Assembly (NCBI GenBank): GCA_963775685.1
Contig: CAVZJV010000014.1
Location: 192,001-256,000, forward strand
Direction: 5' to 3'
Origin: Candidatus Bathyarchaeota archaeon
GTDB lineage: Archaea > Thermoproteota > Bathyarchaeia > Bathyarchaeales > Bathycorpusculaceae
DNA length: 64,000 bases
Shown: in pieces, positions 18,520-29,324 of the stretch
Layout of the letters: each line of letters opens with the position of its first letter
Position numbering within the stretch: the stretch's first letter is position 1
Translations under genes and position numbers: made by a program
The notes under the pieces: generated by a model
What the model was told of the DNA's origin: nothing
Databases searched by the model: none
Seen by the model: the letters and a program-made list of their open reading frames with translations, nothing else

Positions 18520-19707
18520 TTAGGTTATGGTTTGGTTCCAGTAGAAGACTTCAGTATAATTCTTCAGCAATGAAGCAATCACTTTCGGGTCGTCATAGAG
18601 AATGTCAAAGCGGGAACCATACTTGACCGGGAGAACTATGTTTGTGTCGCTGAAAATTTTTGAAGATAGTTCATCTGGCGGTTTTAAACCCCAGATGGTA
18701 TCGGTGGCTCTTCGGAAGCCAAATCCGTAGTCTTTAGGCACTATGTAGGCGACTTCAGCTTTGTTTGAGCCTAAACTGGCGGGGTTACTGTGGAGTGTTT
18801 TCCAGAATTTTTGCAGCGCCTCAAAATGCTCATCCTGTAAGGTGCCATATTGGTTGTTAACCGGGTATGTCGGATAACTAAAGACTATTCCATACTTGAC
18901 TCCAGCACTGTAAGCTAACGATAGATCAGCATAAAGTTCATTTCCAGATTCAAGGTATGGGGAATGATTGTATTTCCAGTCAATTATGGCACCCCAATCC
19001 CGGTCTGAAGCTTGGGCGGCTCCCCTATCAAGTGCTATGATGCGTTCTCTGCTTTCATTGCCGACAAACTCAGCGTAGATTGAGGTATAGTTTGAATTGT
19101 AGTCAAACCAGAATAGTCCGTAGTCTGAAGTTGAGAGGTTAACATGGCCTAAATTTTTGTAAAAGTTTACCATGTAACTTAGGTTACCCACGTAGTTGTC
19201 TGCTATGGCGCTGTAGCTTGCATCAGGGCTGATTACGGTCTCGTTGATTAGTTGCGATGGCGTGTTATCTATTTGGTTTCCTCCAGGTTCATCATACTTA
19301 TAGATTTCTAGGAGCCTATCGCCGTACCTATCTTTTGCTTCAAACATCCACTGAACAATGTTATAAGTGTAGTAATTTCCGCCCGTGAATAAAATGATAA
19401 AGTTCAGTTTAGAATTATTGTAGATGAAATCGCATGCCTCATTCAAAGCCGTCTGGTTGAAAGTCAAGCTCACATCACCCATCACTAACAAGTTCGTGTA
19501 ATCCTTAACTCTGTTTACTAAAGCTTGAATTTGGGATATCTGGAATTCTGCAGTTTGGTTGTTACCATAAGCGTATTCGACGCCTACGTAGAATGGCCTC
19601 CCCGGAGTTTGGGTTTGGTCACTGAACGCGTTTAGGGCTATAATTAGCGATAAGACAATAAGCACAATGAGAATAGAGGCGAATACGACGGGAAGTTTGC
19701 GGTTCAA
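18520..19707 (-). CDS. Membrane-anchored hypothetical protein
   Basis: 395-aa ORF, N-terminal TM helix, YDEPGG motif. Confidence 0.7.
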   Translation of the reverse strand: MNRKLPVVFASILIVLIVLSLIIALNAFSDQTQTPGRPFYVGVEYAYGNNQTAEFQISQIQALVNRVKDYTNLLVMGDVSLTFNQTALNEACDFIYNNSKLNFIILFTGGNYYTYNIVQWMFEAKDRYGDRLLEIYKYDEPGGNQIDNTPSQLINETVISPDASYSAIADNYVGNLSYMVNFYKNLGHVNLSTSDYGLFWFDYNSNYTSIYAEFVGNESRERIIALDRGAAQASDRDWGAIIDWKYNHSPYLESGNELYADLSLAYSAGVKYGIVFSYPTYPVNNQYGTLQDEHFEALQKFWKTLHSNPASLGSNKAEVAYIVPKDYGFGFRRATDTIWGLKPPDELSSKIFSDTNIVLPVKYGSRFDILYDDPKVIASLLKNYTEVFYWNQTIT

Positions 19708-19805
19708 GTCTGCTCAACCAATCGGAAAATAATCATTAGAAATAGTATTTAACGTTTGAAGTACCGCTAAGGAAAACAGGGAATGAAACCAATGCTTTCA
19801 GGAAT

Positions 19806-20246
19806 TTATCTGTCGTAACGACCTATTAATTCGCCCTTAGCAAGAATGTGCCCCTGCATGGCTTTCTCAAGGTCTCTTTTACTTGATTTGACGCTTAAAC
19901 CTAATTCTGTATCCAACGCATAAACCTTAAAGAAGTATCTATGAGTGCCTGAAGGTGGACATGGACCAGTATAACCCAGTTGCATTGAGCTATTCAGCCC
20001 TTCAGTTCCTGGAACCGAGTGCTCAGCTATTTTGGTTGTTGAGGGCGGAATGTTCCAAACTACCCAGTGGTCGTATGTTCCGCTGGGAGCATCGGGGTCA
20101 TCTATAATCAGCACTAGACTTTTAGTTTCTTTAGGCGTGCCTTCAAGTGTTATAGGTGGATTGATGTCTTCTCCGTCACAACTGTATTTTTTGGGGATTA
20201 AGCTGTTAGGTTGAAACTCCGGGCTTTTAATTGTGAGTTCTTTCAT
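19806..20246 (-). CDS. YbhB/YbcL (PEBP) family protein
   Basis: DPDAP, HWVVWNIP, GPCPPSGTHRY. Confidence 0.95.
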   Translation of the reverse strand: MKELTIKSPEFQPNSLIPKKYSCDGEDINPPITLEGTPKETKSLVLIIDDPDAPSGTYDHWVVWNIPPSTTKIAEHSVPGTEGLNSSMQLGYTGPCPPSGTHRYFFKVYALDTELGLSVKSSKRDLEKAMQGHILAKGELIGRYDR

Positions 20247-20860
20247 AAAAATCCTCAAAAAACAATGTTTTGTCGGCTAGATAAAGTTGATGAATAATAA
20301 GTTGTTACAACAAACAATTTTTAAAGTCGCTAAAGTTGGAGGGTTGTTTTAGCTGGACGCGTGTATTTTTGCTCCGCGGGTTCTGTCCTTATTGCACGTC
20401 CATTTTATATTCCCTTAGCTTCAGGCGCTGAAAACTCTGATTTGAAGGTGGAGCAACATAGGTTTCAGGTCTTCTTTTGTTCTTCTTGGCAAACCAACCT
20501 TTCTAAATTACTTTACGATTTGCGGCTGCAATCTATCTGCAATTATCGAAATGTAATGAAGTATTATTAAAGTGGAATTTTGGTGTTTAGAGGTTTCTTC
20601 TGGTCATTTCTCTGCGTTCAATCTGCCGTCTTTGGAGCTGAAATAAACTTGACGGGAATTGACCCGTCGCATTTAAGGGGAAACATGCTGTCATCTAAGC
20701 GCGAACTGGCAGTAAAGAAAGGTAGTTATCGTCTTTTCTTCTAAGTTGTTCCTTTCCCTCATTAACCAAAGTAGATTAACACACGCAAGTTAACGTTGTC
20801 TAATTATTTGTCTTTAAAGTTGAATGTTTTGTAAGCAAAAATATGAAGGGCTGTTCATTT

Positions 20861-22558
20861 TTAGGTTTCAGCATTTCGTATGAGTTCTGCAGCGCTGTTG
20901 ACGTTTACCTTGTAGAAGACGGCTGATATAACGGCGGCGATTACTGCACTGATCCCCAGAGATATGATGAGGTTTAGGTTGCTTACTGGACCAGTGGCAA
21001 ACAAGCCTGAGAGAAGGGCGCCTATGACATACGGCAGTAGTGGCGCTATGATTGCTAACCCCGCAATGGAGCATACTCCTAAGCTTATGAGTGACCATTT
21101 TTGGCGAATCATCCTTGCCCTTCGACTTGCAGTGAAATCGGCGCCTTTAAAACCGATTGCAAGACCAATTGAACCTAAAGCGAGAACCAAAAGGAAACCT
21201 TCTATGAAACCAGTAATTATTACTCTAATTGATGGGTGGTAGAATACACTTCCAACTATCACGGTTAGAAGAAGAATAAGTACTGAGAGAGAGATGAGGA
21301 AGAACAACTTGCTTTTTACGAGGTTTTTGGGGGAAATGGGTGAAGCGTAGATTCTCCACACCGCTTGCCCTTCTTCCCCAATCAGCATGTTCCCCAGTGA
21401 CATAGCCATGATGGAAGCAGGCAACAGAAAGGTCATGCCTAAAAAGAGTAGGTTGATTTCACCCGGTGTGTTTGGGTTGCTTGTGATGCCTATTGATTGC
21501 ATTATTGGTATTATTATAAAGACGATAGGTACGATGAATATGCTGATGAGTTCTCGACGTCTGGTGAATGCTCGAGTGTCTTTGTTTATGAGTGCTACTT
21601 CTGCGCTTGAGAATCCAATTTTTCCCAGAATACCGATTTTTGGCGCGTAAATAGTGCCGCTTTTTTGAACAGTGATAGCTGGAGGCTCATATAATCCAAA
21701 ACGCTTGTTTAATGAGATGGCAAGATAGTAAATACCTGCTATGAATAATGACGATAAAGCAACAAACACGAATCCCTGAACGAATACACCACTCAAGAGG
21801 TAAAAGAGGGTAACGCCAAGCCAGACGAAGGGTATGAACCAAACGGTGTTTTGGGCTTGTGCTAAACCCTGCACGAAGGCAGCCGTCCCTTGCGTGAGGG
21901 AGAAATATATTATGTAGAATACCAGGAAAAACGCCAAGGTTCCGATGAATCTTACCCAGACAGCGGCTTTGCCGCTTGATTTGTAAACTGCACCTGTAAA
22001 GCGAACTTGGACGATACGTAGAATTTCTGTAGTGGAACTTGCCATAAACGCTGCGGCAAATAGCGCAAGCGTCGTTAACAATGCAGGCACGATTAAGCCG
22101 TTGAAAGCTGAGAAAGCAATAACTCCAGAGGCAAACGCTATCACTGTTGCAAGGGGAATTCCAAACAGATTAGCTAGAATCGAAGCTAACGTGTGTTCCT
22201 GCCATGTTAAAGGTAACCAGTACATTATTTGCCTAGTTGCTTTAACTCCTGCTAACTGGATTTGCTGCAGCATGGTTAGGACTACGCTTAAGATAAGAAT
22301 GAGTGTCGGCAAGGAAACAAAAAAGCTAAGGGCTGAGTTAGATAACGAAGGCAAACCGGGGACCTCGCCACTTGAGTAGATCGCCGACACTGCCCAATTA
22401 GCTAGTAAACCGCCGACAACGCCGATGATGGCTGCAACCCAATATGGCCAATAAGCCAGAATGCCGCTTTCGCGGTATCTCGTGGTTTTTACACCTCGAA
22501 TTAGCCTGCCTGATTTTCTTTCTACGCGTAACAGGTAGAGGACATTTTTCCAGTTCAT
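20861..22558 (-). CDS. ABC exporter permease, multi-TM
   Basis: Highly hydrophobic; overlaps the ATPase stop codon. Confidence 0.75.
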   Translation of the reverse strand: MNWKNVLYLLRVERKSGRLIRGVKTTRYRESGILAYWPYWVAAIIGVVGGLLANWAVSAIYSSGEVPGLPSLSNSALSFFVSLPTLILILSVVLTMLQQIQLAGVKATRQIMYWLPLTWQEHTLASILANLFGIPLATVIAFASGVIAFSAFNGLIVPALLTTLALFAAAFMASSTTEILRIVQVRFTGAVYKSSGKAAVWVRFIGTLAFFLVFYIIYFSLTQGTAAFVQGLAQAQNTVWFIPFVWLGVTLFYLLSGVFVQGFVFVALSSLFIAGIYYLAISLNKRFGLYEPPAITVQKSGTIYAPKIGILGKIGFSSAEVALINKDTRAFTRRRELISIFIVPIVFIIIPIMQSIGITSNPNTPGEINLLFLGMTFLLPASIMAMSLGNMLIGEEGQAVWRIYASPISPKNLVKSKLFFLISLSVLILLLTVIVGSVFYHPSIRVIITGFIEGFLLVLALGSIGLAIGFKGADFTASRRARMIRQKWSLISLGVCSIAGLAIIAPLLPYVIGALLSGLFATGPVSNLNLIISLGISAVIAAVISAVFYKVNVNSAAELIRNAET

Positions 22559-23328
22559 TTCAGTAGTTCCTCAACAACAGGTTTTAGGTCGCCCGTTCCA
22601 GTGAGTTTGAGGAATATATCTTCTAAACCTGAACCCGGCAAACTTGCTTTTTCTCGGAGTTCGCCCATATTGCCTAAGGCTAAGATGTTCCCTTGATACA
22701 TTATGGCTATACGGTCACATACTGCTTCCGCGATTTCCAAAACATGTGTTGAGAGTATTGTGGTTACTCCTTGTGTTTTGAGTTGGTTAAGGTAGTCTTT
22801 GATTATTCTGGCGCTTCGAGGGTCAAGTGCGTTTAGGGGTTCGTCTAAAATTAGCAATTTAGGTTTGTGCAAAAAAGCAGAAATAAGGCTGATTTTCTTT
22901 TTCATGCCATCTGAGTAACTGTTTATCATGTCGCCTTCTCGGCCTTCGAGCTGGAGCGCTTTCAAGTATTCGGTTATACGTTTCTGCTTCTCAGTTGATG
23001 ATATGCCGTATATGTCGGCGATGAAGTCCAAGTATTCGAGTCCTGTCAAAAACTCGTAAACGTCAGGTGATTCAGGAACGTAGCCTACTTGCCTTTTAAT
23101 TGCGACGGGGTCTTTCTGTACATCTATGCCTAAGACGTTAACTGAGCCTGCAGTTGGCTGAAGCAAACCCAGCAACATCTTAAGGGTCGTGGATTTTCCC
23201 GAACCGTTAGGTCCCAAAAGCGCAAAGATTTCACCCGTGTTTATGGTTAGGTTCATGTTGTTTACAGCTACTATTTCGTTGTAGCGTTTGGTAACGCCAC
23301 GGATATCAACTGCATACGGACTGCTCAT
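22555..23328 (-). CDS. ABC transporter ATP-binding protein
   Basis: GPNGSGKST, YSDGMK, LDEP. Confidence 0.95.
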   Translation of the reverse strand: MSSPYAVDIRGVTKRYNEIVAVNNMNLTINTGEIFALLGPNGSGKSTTLKMLLGLLQPTAGSVNVLGIDVQKDPVAIKRQVGYVPESPDVYEFLTGLEYLDFIADIYGISSTEKQKRITEYLKALQLEGREGDMINSYSDGMKKKISLISAFLHKPKLLILDEPLNALDPRSARIIKDYLNQLKTQGVTTILSTHVLEIAEAVCDRIAIMYQGNILALGNMGELREKASLPGSGLEDIFLKLTGTGDLKPVVEELLK

Positions 23329-23737
23329 GTTATCGAAGCCCCAAATGCAAATAGAAAAGCCTCGATATTTAAGGTTAATGCGTAGGCTAAACGGGGTTTT
23401 AGTTATTTTTTTTTAAACAATTTTTTTCCAACGAAAAAAAAGAAAAAGGCGAAAAATTGATAAGAGACCTTTTAAAGCTATCTCTTTTTTCCGGTCCAAT
23501 GAGGATCTTAAAACTCTTCTATCCTCTCTTCGCAAACCAGGGTAAAGGCAAGGCGTTTGATTTGGTGATTTGCGGGCGAACACCTGACGTTCAAGACTGC
23601 ACAGTATCTGTAGTTTGTACAAAGGCGATGGTTTAGGCTTAATCGTAGAACTTCCAGCGCTATGGAGAATTGTTTGGATTGAGCCAAATAAACCTTAAAT
23701 CTTGCTTTCTTTCATTTGCTCAAGAGAAAAATCCAGA

Positions 23738-24727
23738 ATGACATTTGTAATTCAAACTCGCCAACTAACAAAAGTCTATAATTCGATCAAGGCAGTTGAT
23801 GACCTCAACATTAATGTTGAAACTGGCGAAATTTTCGGATTGCTTGGTCCAAACGGAGCAGGAAAAACAACAGCCATTTCTATGCTTTGCACTATTCTTA
23901 GGCCTTCTTCAGGGACAGCTACAGTGAGTGGATTTGATATTGTTCGGGAAGCCAACAAAGTTCGAAAATCCATAGGCATAGTTTTCCAGGAACCCAGTGT
24001 CGACGACCGCTTGACAGGCCGAGAAAACCTCTACATGCATGCAAACCTTTATGGTGTCCATGCTTCTGAGCAGAGAGAGCGTATAAATCATGTGTTAAAA
24101 CTCGTCGAACTTGAGGACCGGGCAGATACTTTGTTGCGCACCTACTCGGGCGGTATGCGTCGCAGGCTTGAGCTCGGTCGAGGCTTGATTCATTATCCTA
24201 AAGTGCTATTTTTAGATGAGCCAACGGTTGGATTAGACCCTCAAACAAGAGACCACATTTGGAAATACATTAAAGAACTAAAGGATGCTCAAGACATCAC
24301 CGTGGTTTTAACGACACATTACATGGATGAAGCAGATAGGCTCTCCGACCGCATTGCTATAATGGACCATGGCCAAATCATAGTTTTAGATTCACCATCA
24401 AAACTCAAGGAAACTCTCGAAGGCGACGTAATAATTGTAAGAGCAAACAACCTCAAAGAACTCTCAGAACTCATCAAGTCCTCATTAGGGCAAAATCAAA
24501 CCCAGATAATCGATGGGGCCTTGGAGATTACGGTTCGCAACGGAAAAGCAGTAATGCCCCGAATCATGGAGATAGCTACCCAAAACAACATTTACGTTGA
24601 GTCGTTACTTTTACGTGAACCAAACCTCGAAGACGTGTTCCTCCATTACACTGGCAAAACAATTCGTCACGACACAACCAGAGAACTGCATGGTTTTGCT
24701 GCAATCCAAAGGAGAGGAATAAAATGA
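23738..24727 (+). CDS. DrrA-like ABC ATP-binding protein
   Basis: GPNGAGKTT, YSGGMRRR, LDEPTVGLD. Confidence 0.95.
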   Translation: MTFVIQTRQLTKVYNSIKAVDDLNINVETGEIFGLLGPNGAGKTTAISMLCTILRPSSGTATVSGFDIVREANKVRKSIGIVFQEPSVDDRLTGRENLYMHANLYGVHASEQRERINHVLKLVELEDRADTLLRTYSGGMRRRLELGRGLIHYPKVLFLDEPTVGLDPQTRDHIWKYIKELKDAQDITVVLTTHYMDEADRLSDRIAIMDHGQIIVLDSPSKLKETLEGDVIIVRANNLKELSELIKSSLGQNQTQIIDGALEITVRNGKAVMPRIMEIATQNNIYVESLLLREPNLEDVFLHYTGKTIRHDTTRELHGFAAIQRRGIK

Positions 24728-25497
24728 GTGAAATTCGCGGAATCTACACCCTTTGGCTTAGGGAGCTTAAGCGGTTCATGCGAGATAGGACACGGCTGAT
24801 TAGCATGTTCGTTCAACCATTGCTTTGGCTGCTAATATTTGGTGCAGGATTCGGTTTGCGGTTTACTATTCCAGGGTTAAGCTACCAGCAAGTGATTTTT
24901 CCAGGAATTATTGCGCAAACACTGCTTTTTACGTCCATGTTTATGGGCATAAGCGTTATTTGGGATAAAGAATTCGGGTTTATGAAAGAAATTCTTGTTT
25001 CTCCTGTCTCGCGCTTCAGCATTTTTCTGGGAAAAATGTTGGGCGATAGCTCGTCGGCATTTCTTCAAGGAATAATAGTTTTGTTCGTCGGAATCGCATT
25101 AGGTATATCGATTGACCCCATAACTTTCCTGTACGCGCTGCCAATTATGGTTTTAATTACGTTCGGTTTAGTCAGTATCGGCTTAACAATCGCCAGCTTC
25201 ATGGGAAGCTTGGAAAGTTTCGGAGCTATTCAGACCTTCATTAATTTGCCCTTGTTCTTTTTGAGCGGCGCATTGTTTCCCCTTAAGGGACCAGGAATAA
25301 ACCTTCCTAATTGGCTAACAACCGTCGCCGCATGGAACCCACTAACTTACGGTGTTGACGCTTTAAGAAGTTTAATTTTAGGCTCAGCATGGACGCCTCT
25401 TCAAATTCAGCCCGTATGGATGGACATAGGAATTATCGCATTGTTTGATGTAATAATGATCGCAGTTGGAACTTGGGCGTTCAGCAAAATGAAGTAA
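24724..25497 (+). CDS. ABC-2 type permease
   Basis: FLSGALFP and NPLTYGVDALR motifs. Confidence 0.92.
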   Translation: MSEIRGIYTLWLRELKRFMRDRTRLISMFVQPLLWLLIFGAGFGLRFTIPGLSYQQVIFPGIIAQTLLFTSMFMGISVIWDKEFGFMKEILVSPVSRFSIFLGKMLGDSSSAFLQGIIVLFVGIALGISIDPITFLYALPIMVLITFGLVSIGLTIASFMGSLESFGAIQTFINLPLFFLSGALFPLKGPGINLPNWLTTVAAWNPLTYGVDALRSLILGSAWTPLQIQPVWMDIGIIALFDVIMIAVGTWAFSKMK

Positions 25498-25561
25498 CGC
25501 ATTTTTTGGCGTTTTCTAACATTTATTTCAAATGAAAAGAAGCGGAAAGATGAAGAAATTC

Positions 25562-25846
25562 TCACTTATTGGTCATTTCATTGATTTGTTGCTCCATCGC
25601 ATGTCCACGGCAGAAAACAACGGCTTTTTTTACGCCTGGAACCGACTTTGCAGCGTCGCGTAAATCTGCTGAAAGCTTGAATGCGATAGGACAAAATGGG
25701 CTGGTGGGAACGAATTCAACGGTTACTGATCCCGGTTCGGTTTCCTTTACGCTTTGAATCATCTGCATTTCCTCGAAGCTTTGCCCTGTCTCGGGATCTA
25801 GCACTTTGCCAACTTCCACACGCACTTTATCTTCAAGTTCAGTCAT
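25562..25846 (-). CDS. DUF59 / Fe-S cluster assembly protein
   Basis: V.DPE...PTSPFCP motif. Confidence 0.85.
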   Translation of the reverse strand: MTELEDKVRVEVGKVLDPETGQSFEEMQMIQSVKETEPGSVTVEFVPTSPFCPIAFKLSADLRDAAKSVPGVKKAVVFCRGHAMEQQINEMTNK

Positions 25847-25936
25847 TTTTTAAACCTCTCAATACGTGAAAGAATAAGAAGATTAAAAGGCATATAAACC
25901 GATTGATAAAGTCAAAATGCCTTCAAGAGGCTCAAT

Positions 25937-26356
25937 ATGTCGTTCGATGAATCTTGCATATTCTGCAAAATAGTCAAAAGACAAGCATCTTCAAGCATCG
26001 TCTATGAGGACGAAGCAGTAATGGTTTTCCTTGACATAAGACCCTTAAACAAGGGACATACCCTTGTTATACCCAAAGCTCACTACGCAGACATCTTTGA
26101 TATCCCTGAAGAGTTGCTCAGCAAGATCCATAAGGCTTCAAAGCAAATTGCCCTCGCAGTCAAAAAAGCCACTGGTGCTGATGGCATCAGCATCATCCAG
26201 CAGAATGGTAAAGCTGCTGGGCAAGATATATTCCACATACATGTCCATGTAGTTCCGAGGTTTGAGGGGCAAAAACTGCCGCCTTTTAGTGAGCTTAAAG
26301 AAGTAGAAAGAGTTAAGTTAGATGTTATGGCAAAGATGATAAAACAGCATCTCTAA
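25937..26356 (+). CDS. HIT family hydrolase
   Basis: CIFCKI and HIHVHVVPR. Confidence 0.95.
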   Translation: MSFDESCIFCKIVKRQASSSIVYEDEAVMVFLDIRPLNKGHTLVIPKAHYADIFDIPEELLSKIHKASKQIALAVKKATGADGISIIQQNGKAAGQDIFHIHVHVVPRFEGQKLPPFSELKEVERVKLDVMAKMIKQHL

Positions 26357-26417
26357 AAAGAAATCCTTGAATATATATTTTAAAAAGGGAGGGCGCCTGC
26401 AAGATTTTCAGGCTTTT

Positions 26418-26860
26418 TTATATTGGTTTTTCCGTGACCGCCATCTTGGGCATCAAAACTTTATCTATGGCGTGGCAAACGCTGTTATCCACGACTAAAT
26501 CTGGTTTAATTATGTTTGCACCCTTAACCTTCATGTTCCTATGCGATGCCAACTCTTCGAGTCTATCCTGAGTTCTCCACCTGAAACTGCCTGCAAATAC
26601 TCATGCTTAGCCAAATCAGATGCCATAAGCTTACCTTCAACCACATGAAAAGTTAAAACTTCTTTTAGTTTATCAGTGTTTTTAAGCAGCATGTTGAATT
26701 CGTTTTTGGGTATTTGAGCAAAAGCATCATCGGTTGGCGCAAAAACTGTGAATGGACCTGGACTTTTTAGGGTATCGACTAATCCTGCAGCCATTACAGC
26801 TTTCACAAGAGTGCTAAACATACCTGAGGCGATTGCGGTATCAATCTGGCTAAATTTCAC
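26418..26860 (-). CDS. Fasciclin (FAS1) domain protein, frameshifted near 26535
   Basis: FTVFAPTDDAF; alternative frame continues NSVCHAIDKVLMP. Confidence 0.85.
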
Positions 26861-27080
26861 CTCCGCTATGCAAATTCTTGAAAAACCCTATTAATACAAA
26901 GAAACAAGACATACTATCAAAGTTGCTAAAACGTAAAAGCCAATTTGCGAACCCAATCCGGTATCTCATTTCGTATCTTGTTTGGTTTGTTTGTTAATTA
27001 CGTTGTTTGCTTTTTCAAGAATAGTTAAATTGGTTGTTGCTCCCGTTTAATCAACATCTTTGAGGTTGTTTAAGAAAAAC

Positions 27081-28214
27081 ATGGTTTTTCGACCAAAGGT
27101 AAAGTTGCACAGCATGACTTACATAATTATGGTTGCGGCAGTAGCATTTGCTGTTGCTTTGTTTGCGACGCCTGTCTTTTCGTTGTCTTCAAACCAGTGC
27201 AGTTCATGCCACGGCTCAACATACAATCAACAATTAGATATCTTGGAAGGCAACAGCCAAAATATACTCCCCTCGACAATAATGGTGGGGCAGACAGCAT
27301 CCGTTGCCGTGGCTATACAAAACATAAACAACGCTCCACCACTATACAATCAGTTTTCAAGCGTTACTGCAACACTAAGTTCTCAGAGTGGCCATTTTTC
27401 AGTCAGCAACCCAAACTTTAACATAGGCAAAATGCCCACAGGTACATCTATCGCAACTTGGCAAATAACAGGTGTTTCGCAAGGGTCTGATGTGTTCTTA
27501 ATTTCATCTTCCGCTAAAACTATCCATGAGAATCTTCATTTTTCAGACGTTTACTCACCTAGCCTATCGATAACCATCACTTTTAATCCCGATCTGACAC
27601 CTACCCCAACTCCAGCTCCAACAACAATTCCAACATCCACACCCATGCCTTCTCCAACCCCCCCGTCACCCTCCAACCCAACCGCCAAACATACGCCTAC
27701 ACAAACTCAAACACCAACACAACAACCCACAAACTCCCCATACACCCAAACCCCAACACCAACTTCAAACTCAAACCCATCTGCAACGCCAATTACCCAG
27801 TCGCCAAGTCCGACATCATACTCACATTCCCTTGACTCCCAGATGTTTTACATTCATCCACCAATAGCGATTTTCGGTTATGTGCTCATCTTTCTATTTG
27901 CGTTTCTTGTGCTAAAGAAAAACTACTTGGAAAGACGAATAACAAAGATAACGGGCATGGGGTTATGGCTCTTCACTCTACTTGGCTTACTCACTGGCAT
28001 GTTATGGGCACAACTTGCCTGGGGAAGCTACTGGTCGTGGGGCCTAAAAGAAACCCTGACACTGGTACTGTTCTTAACAGCATCCGTTGGGCAAGTTGCA
28101 TTCTTCGAAAAGAAATTCGACACTGCAAAATGGGTTGCGGTCTTCTGCTGTATACTAGTTATCATAACTGGGCTAAGCAGCTTTATCATCGCAGGACTCC
28201 ACTCTTACACCTAA
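27081..28214 (+). CDS. Fusion of exported CXXCH domain, Pro/Thr linker and CcsA/CcmF-like cytochrome c assembly domain
   Basis: Signal peptide, CSSCH, PT-rich tract, IHPP, WAQLAWGSYWSWGLKE, GLHSY. Confidence 0.8.
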   Translation: MVFRPKVKLHSMTYIIMVAAVAFAVALFATPVFSLSSNQCSSCHGSTYNQQLDILEGNSQNILPSTIMVGQTASVAVAIQNINNAPPLYNQFSSVTATLSSQSGHFSVSNPNFNIGKMPTGTSIATWQITGVSQGSDVFLISSSAKTIHENLHFSDVYSPSLSITITFNPDLTPTPTPAPTTIPTSTPMPSPTPPSPSNPTAKHTPTQTQTPTQQPTNSPYTQTPTPTSNSNPSATPITQSPSPTSYSHSLDSQMFYIHPPIAIFGYVLIFLFAFLVLKKNYLERRITKITGMGLWLFTLLGLLTGMLWAQLAWGSYWSWGLKETLTLVLFLTASVGQVAFFEKKFDTAKWVAVFCCILVIITGLSSFIIAGLHSYT

Positions 28215-28232
28215 AACCTATCCCTTTTTTTC

Positions 28233-29315
28233 TTAGGGGCTAAGCGCTGTTTGAGTGACACTTAGAATTATAAATTCTGCCGGTTTAGTTGCTGCCACAC
28301 CGACAAGAACGATCAATCGCCCGTCATCAATATCTGACTGGCTCATCGTTGTCCGATCACATTTGACAAAATACGCCTCTTGCGGGGAGCTGCCCATTAG
28401 CATGCCGTTTTTCCATGTTAGCATTAGAAAATTCTCGGTTAAGGCTTTCACTTTAGCCCAAGTCGCCTCGTTGTTTGGTTCAAAGATTGTCCATGTCCGT
28501 TCCCTTCTTGATTGAATGCTCAAGATAGATAAGCAGCCTGCGGAAACTGACGTATTTTGATAGGGGATCACTGGATAATGTCTTAGCACCCCAAACCCGG
28601 ATGCCTCTACCCTGAAAGCTGCGGAATGCAGTTGACGCCTTGGGGGATAAGGATGTCCTGTTGCCTGCTGCTCAATGTACACTCTATATCCACAGCGCCC
28701 TTGACTACCTCGTTTGCGGGTGCCTTTTGAACGCCTACTTCAAGGTCAGTTCTAGCATAGATTCCTGCAACATAGCCCCCTGGCGGAACTAGACAATATC
28801 TGTCCCGTTCCTGATTGTTTCACGTAAATCCATGGGTAGTATAACGCGGCAAAGGTTGATTCCTTTGGTTTAGTTATTCTTGAAGAGTTCTCGCCTTTGA
28901 CCGAATCTAAAATCGCAAACCGATACCTTAACGATTCACAATGCCCAATCAACAACTCCACAAGTCCAGGCGAGGCTTGGGTATTTGGAGAATAAATAAT
29001 TGAAACATCCTCAACTACTTCGAGCTTAGCAAGAGCACCCGCATAATCCGTGGCCGTTATTCTGCAAACGTAACATCTTTGACCACCATTGAGAAAGAAA
29101 CCCTCAATCGCATAAGGTAGATATTTGTCTTCGCCGAAATAGCCTCCAAATACCCTCTGATATTCAGCAAAACTAGTAACGAGTGTTGGCATTTTTGGTC
29201 CTGTTTCTGCTTCACCTAAAAACGCAGCGGTGCTTGTACTTACACCTTCGATTGGCTGAGGCTGAATCCTGATGTTTTGTACAAATACGCCTGGTTTTAT
29301 GGTGATGCGGCTCAT
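28233..29315 (-). CDS. Contractile tail sheath protein (eCIS/Afp-like), several frameshifts
   Basis: PGVFV..IEGVSTSTAAFLG, AALYYPW, GIRVWGAKTL (manual frame), FEPN, YFVKCD, KPAEFI. Confidence 0.85.
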
Positions 29316-29324
29316 TAGATAAGA

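Noticed and set aside
27586-27820. C/A-rich quasi-repeats as a DNA repeat element
   Set aside because: Explained by Pro/Thr linker codons; the same applies at 51660-51790.
28233-29315. Sheath gene as evidence of a provirus
   Set aside because: No capsid, portal, terminase, tube or integrase nearby, and it is 13 kb from the integrated element.
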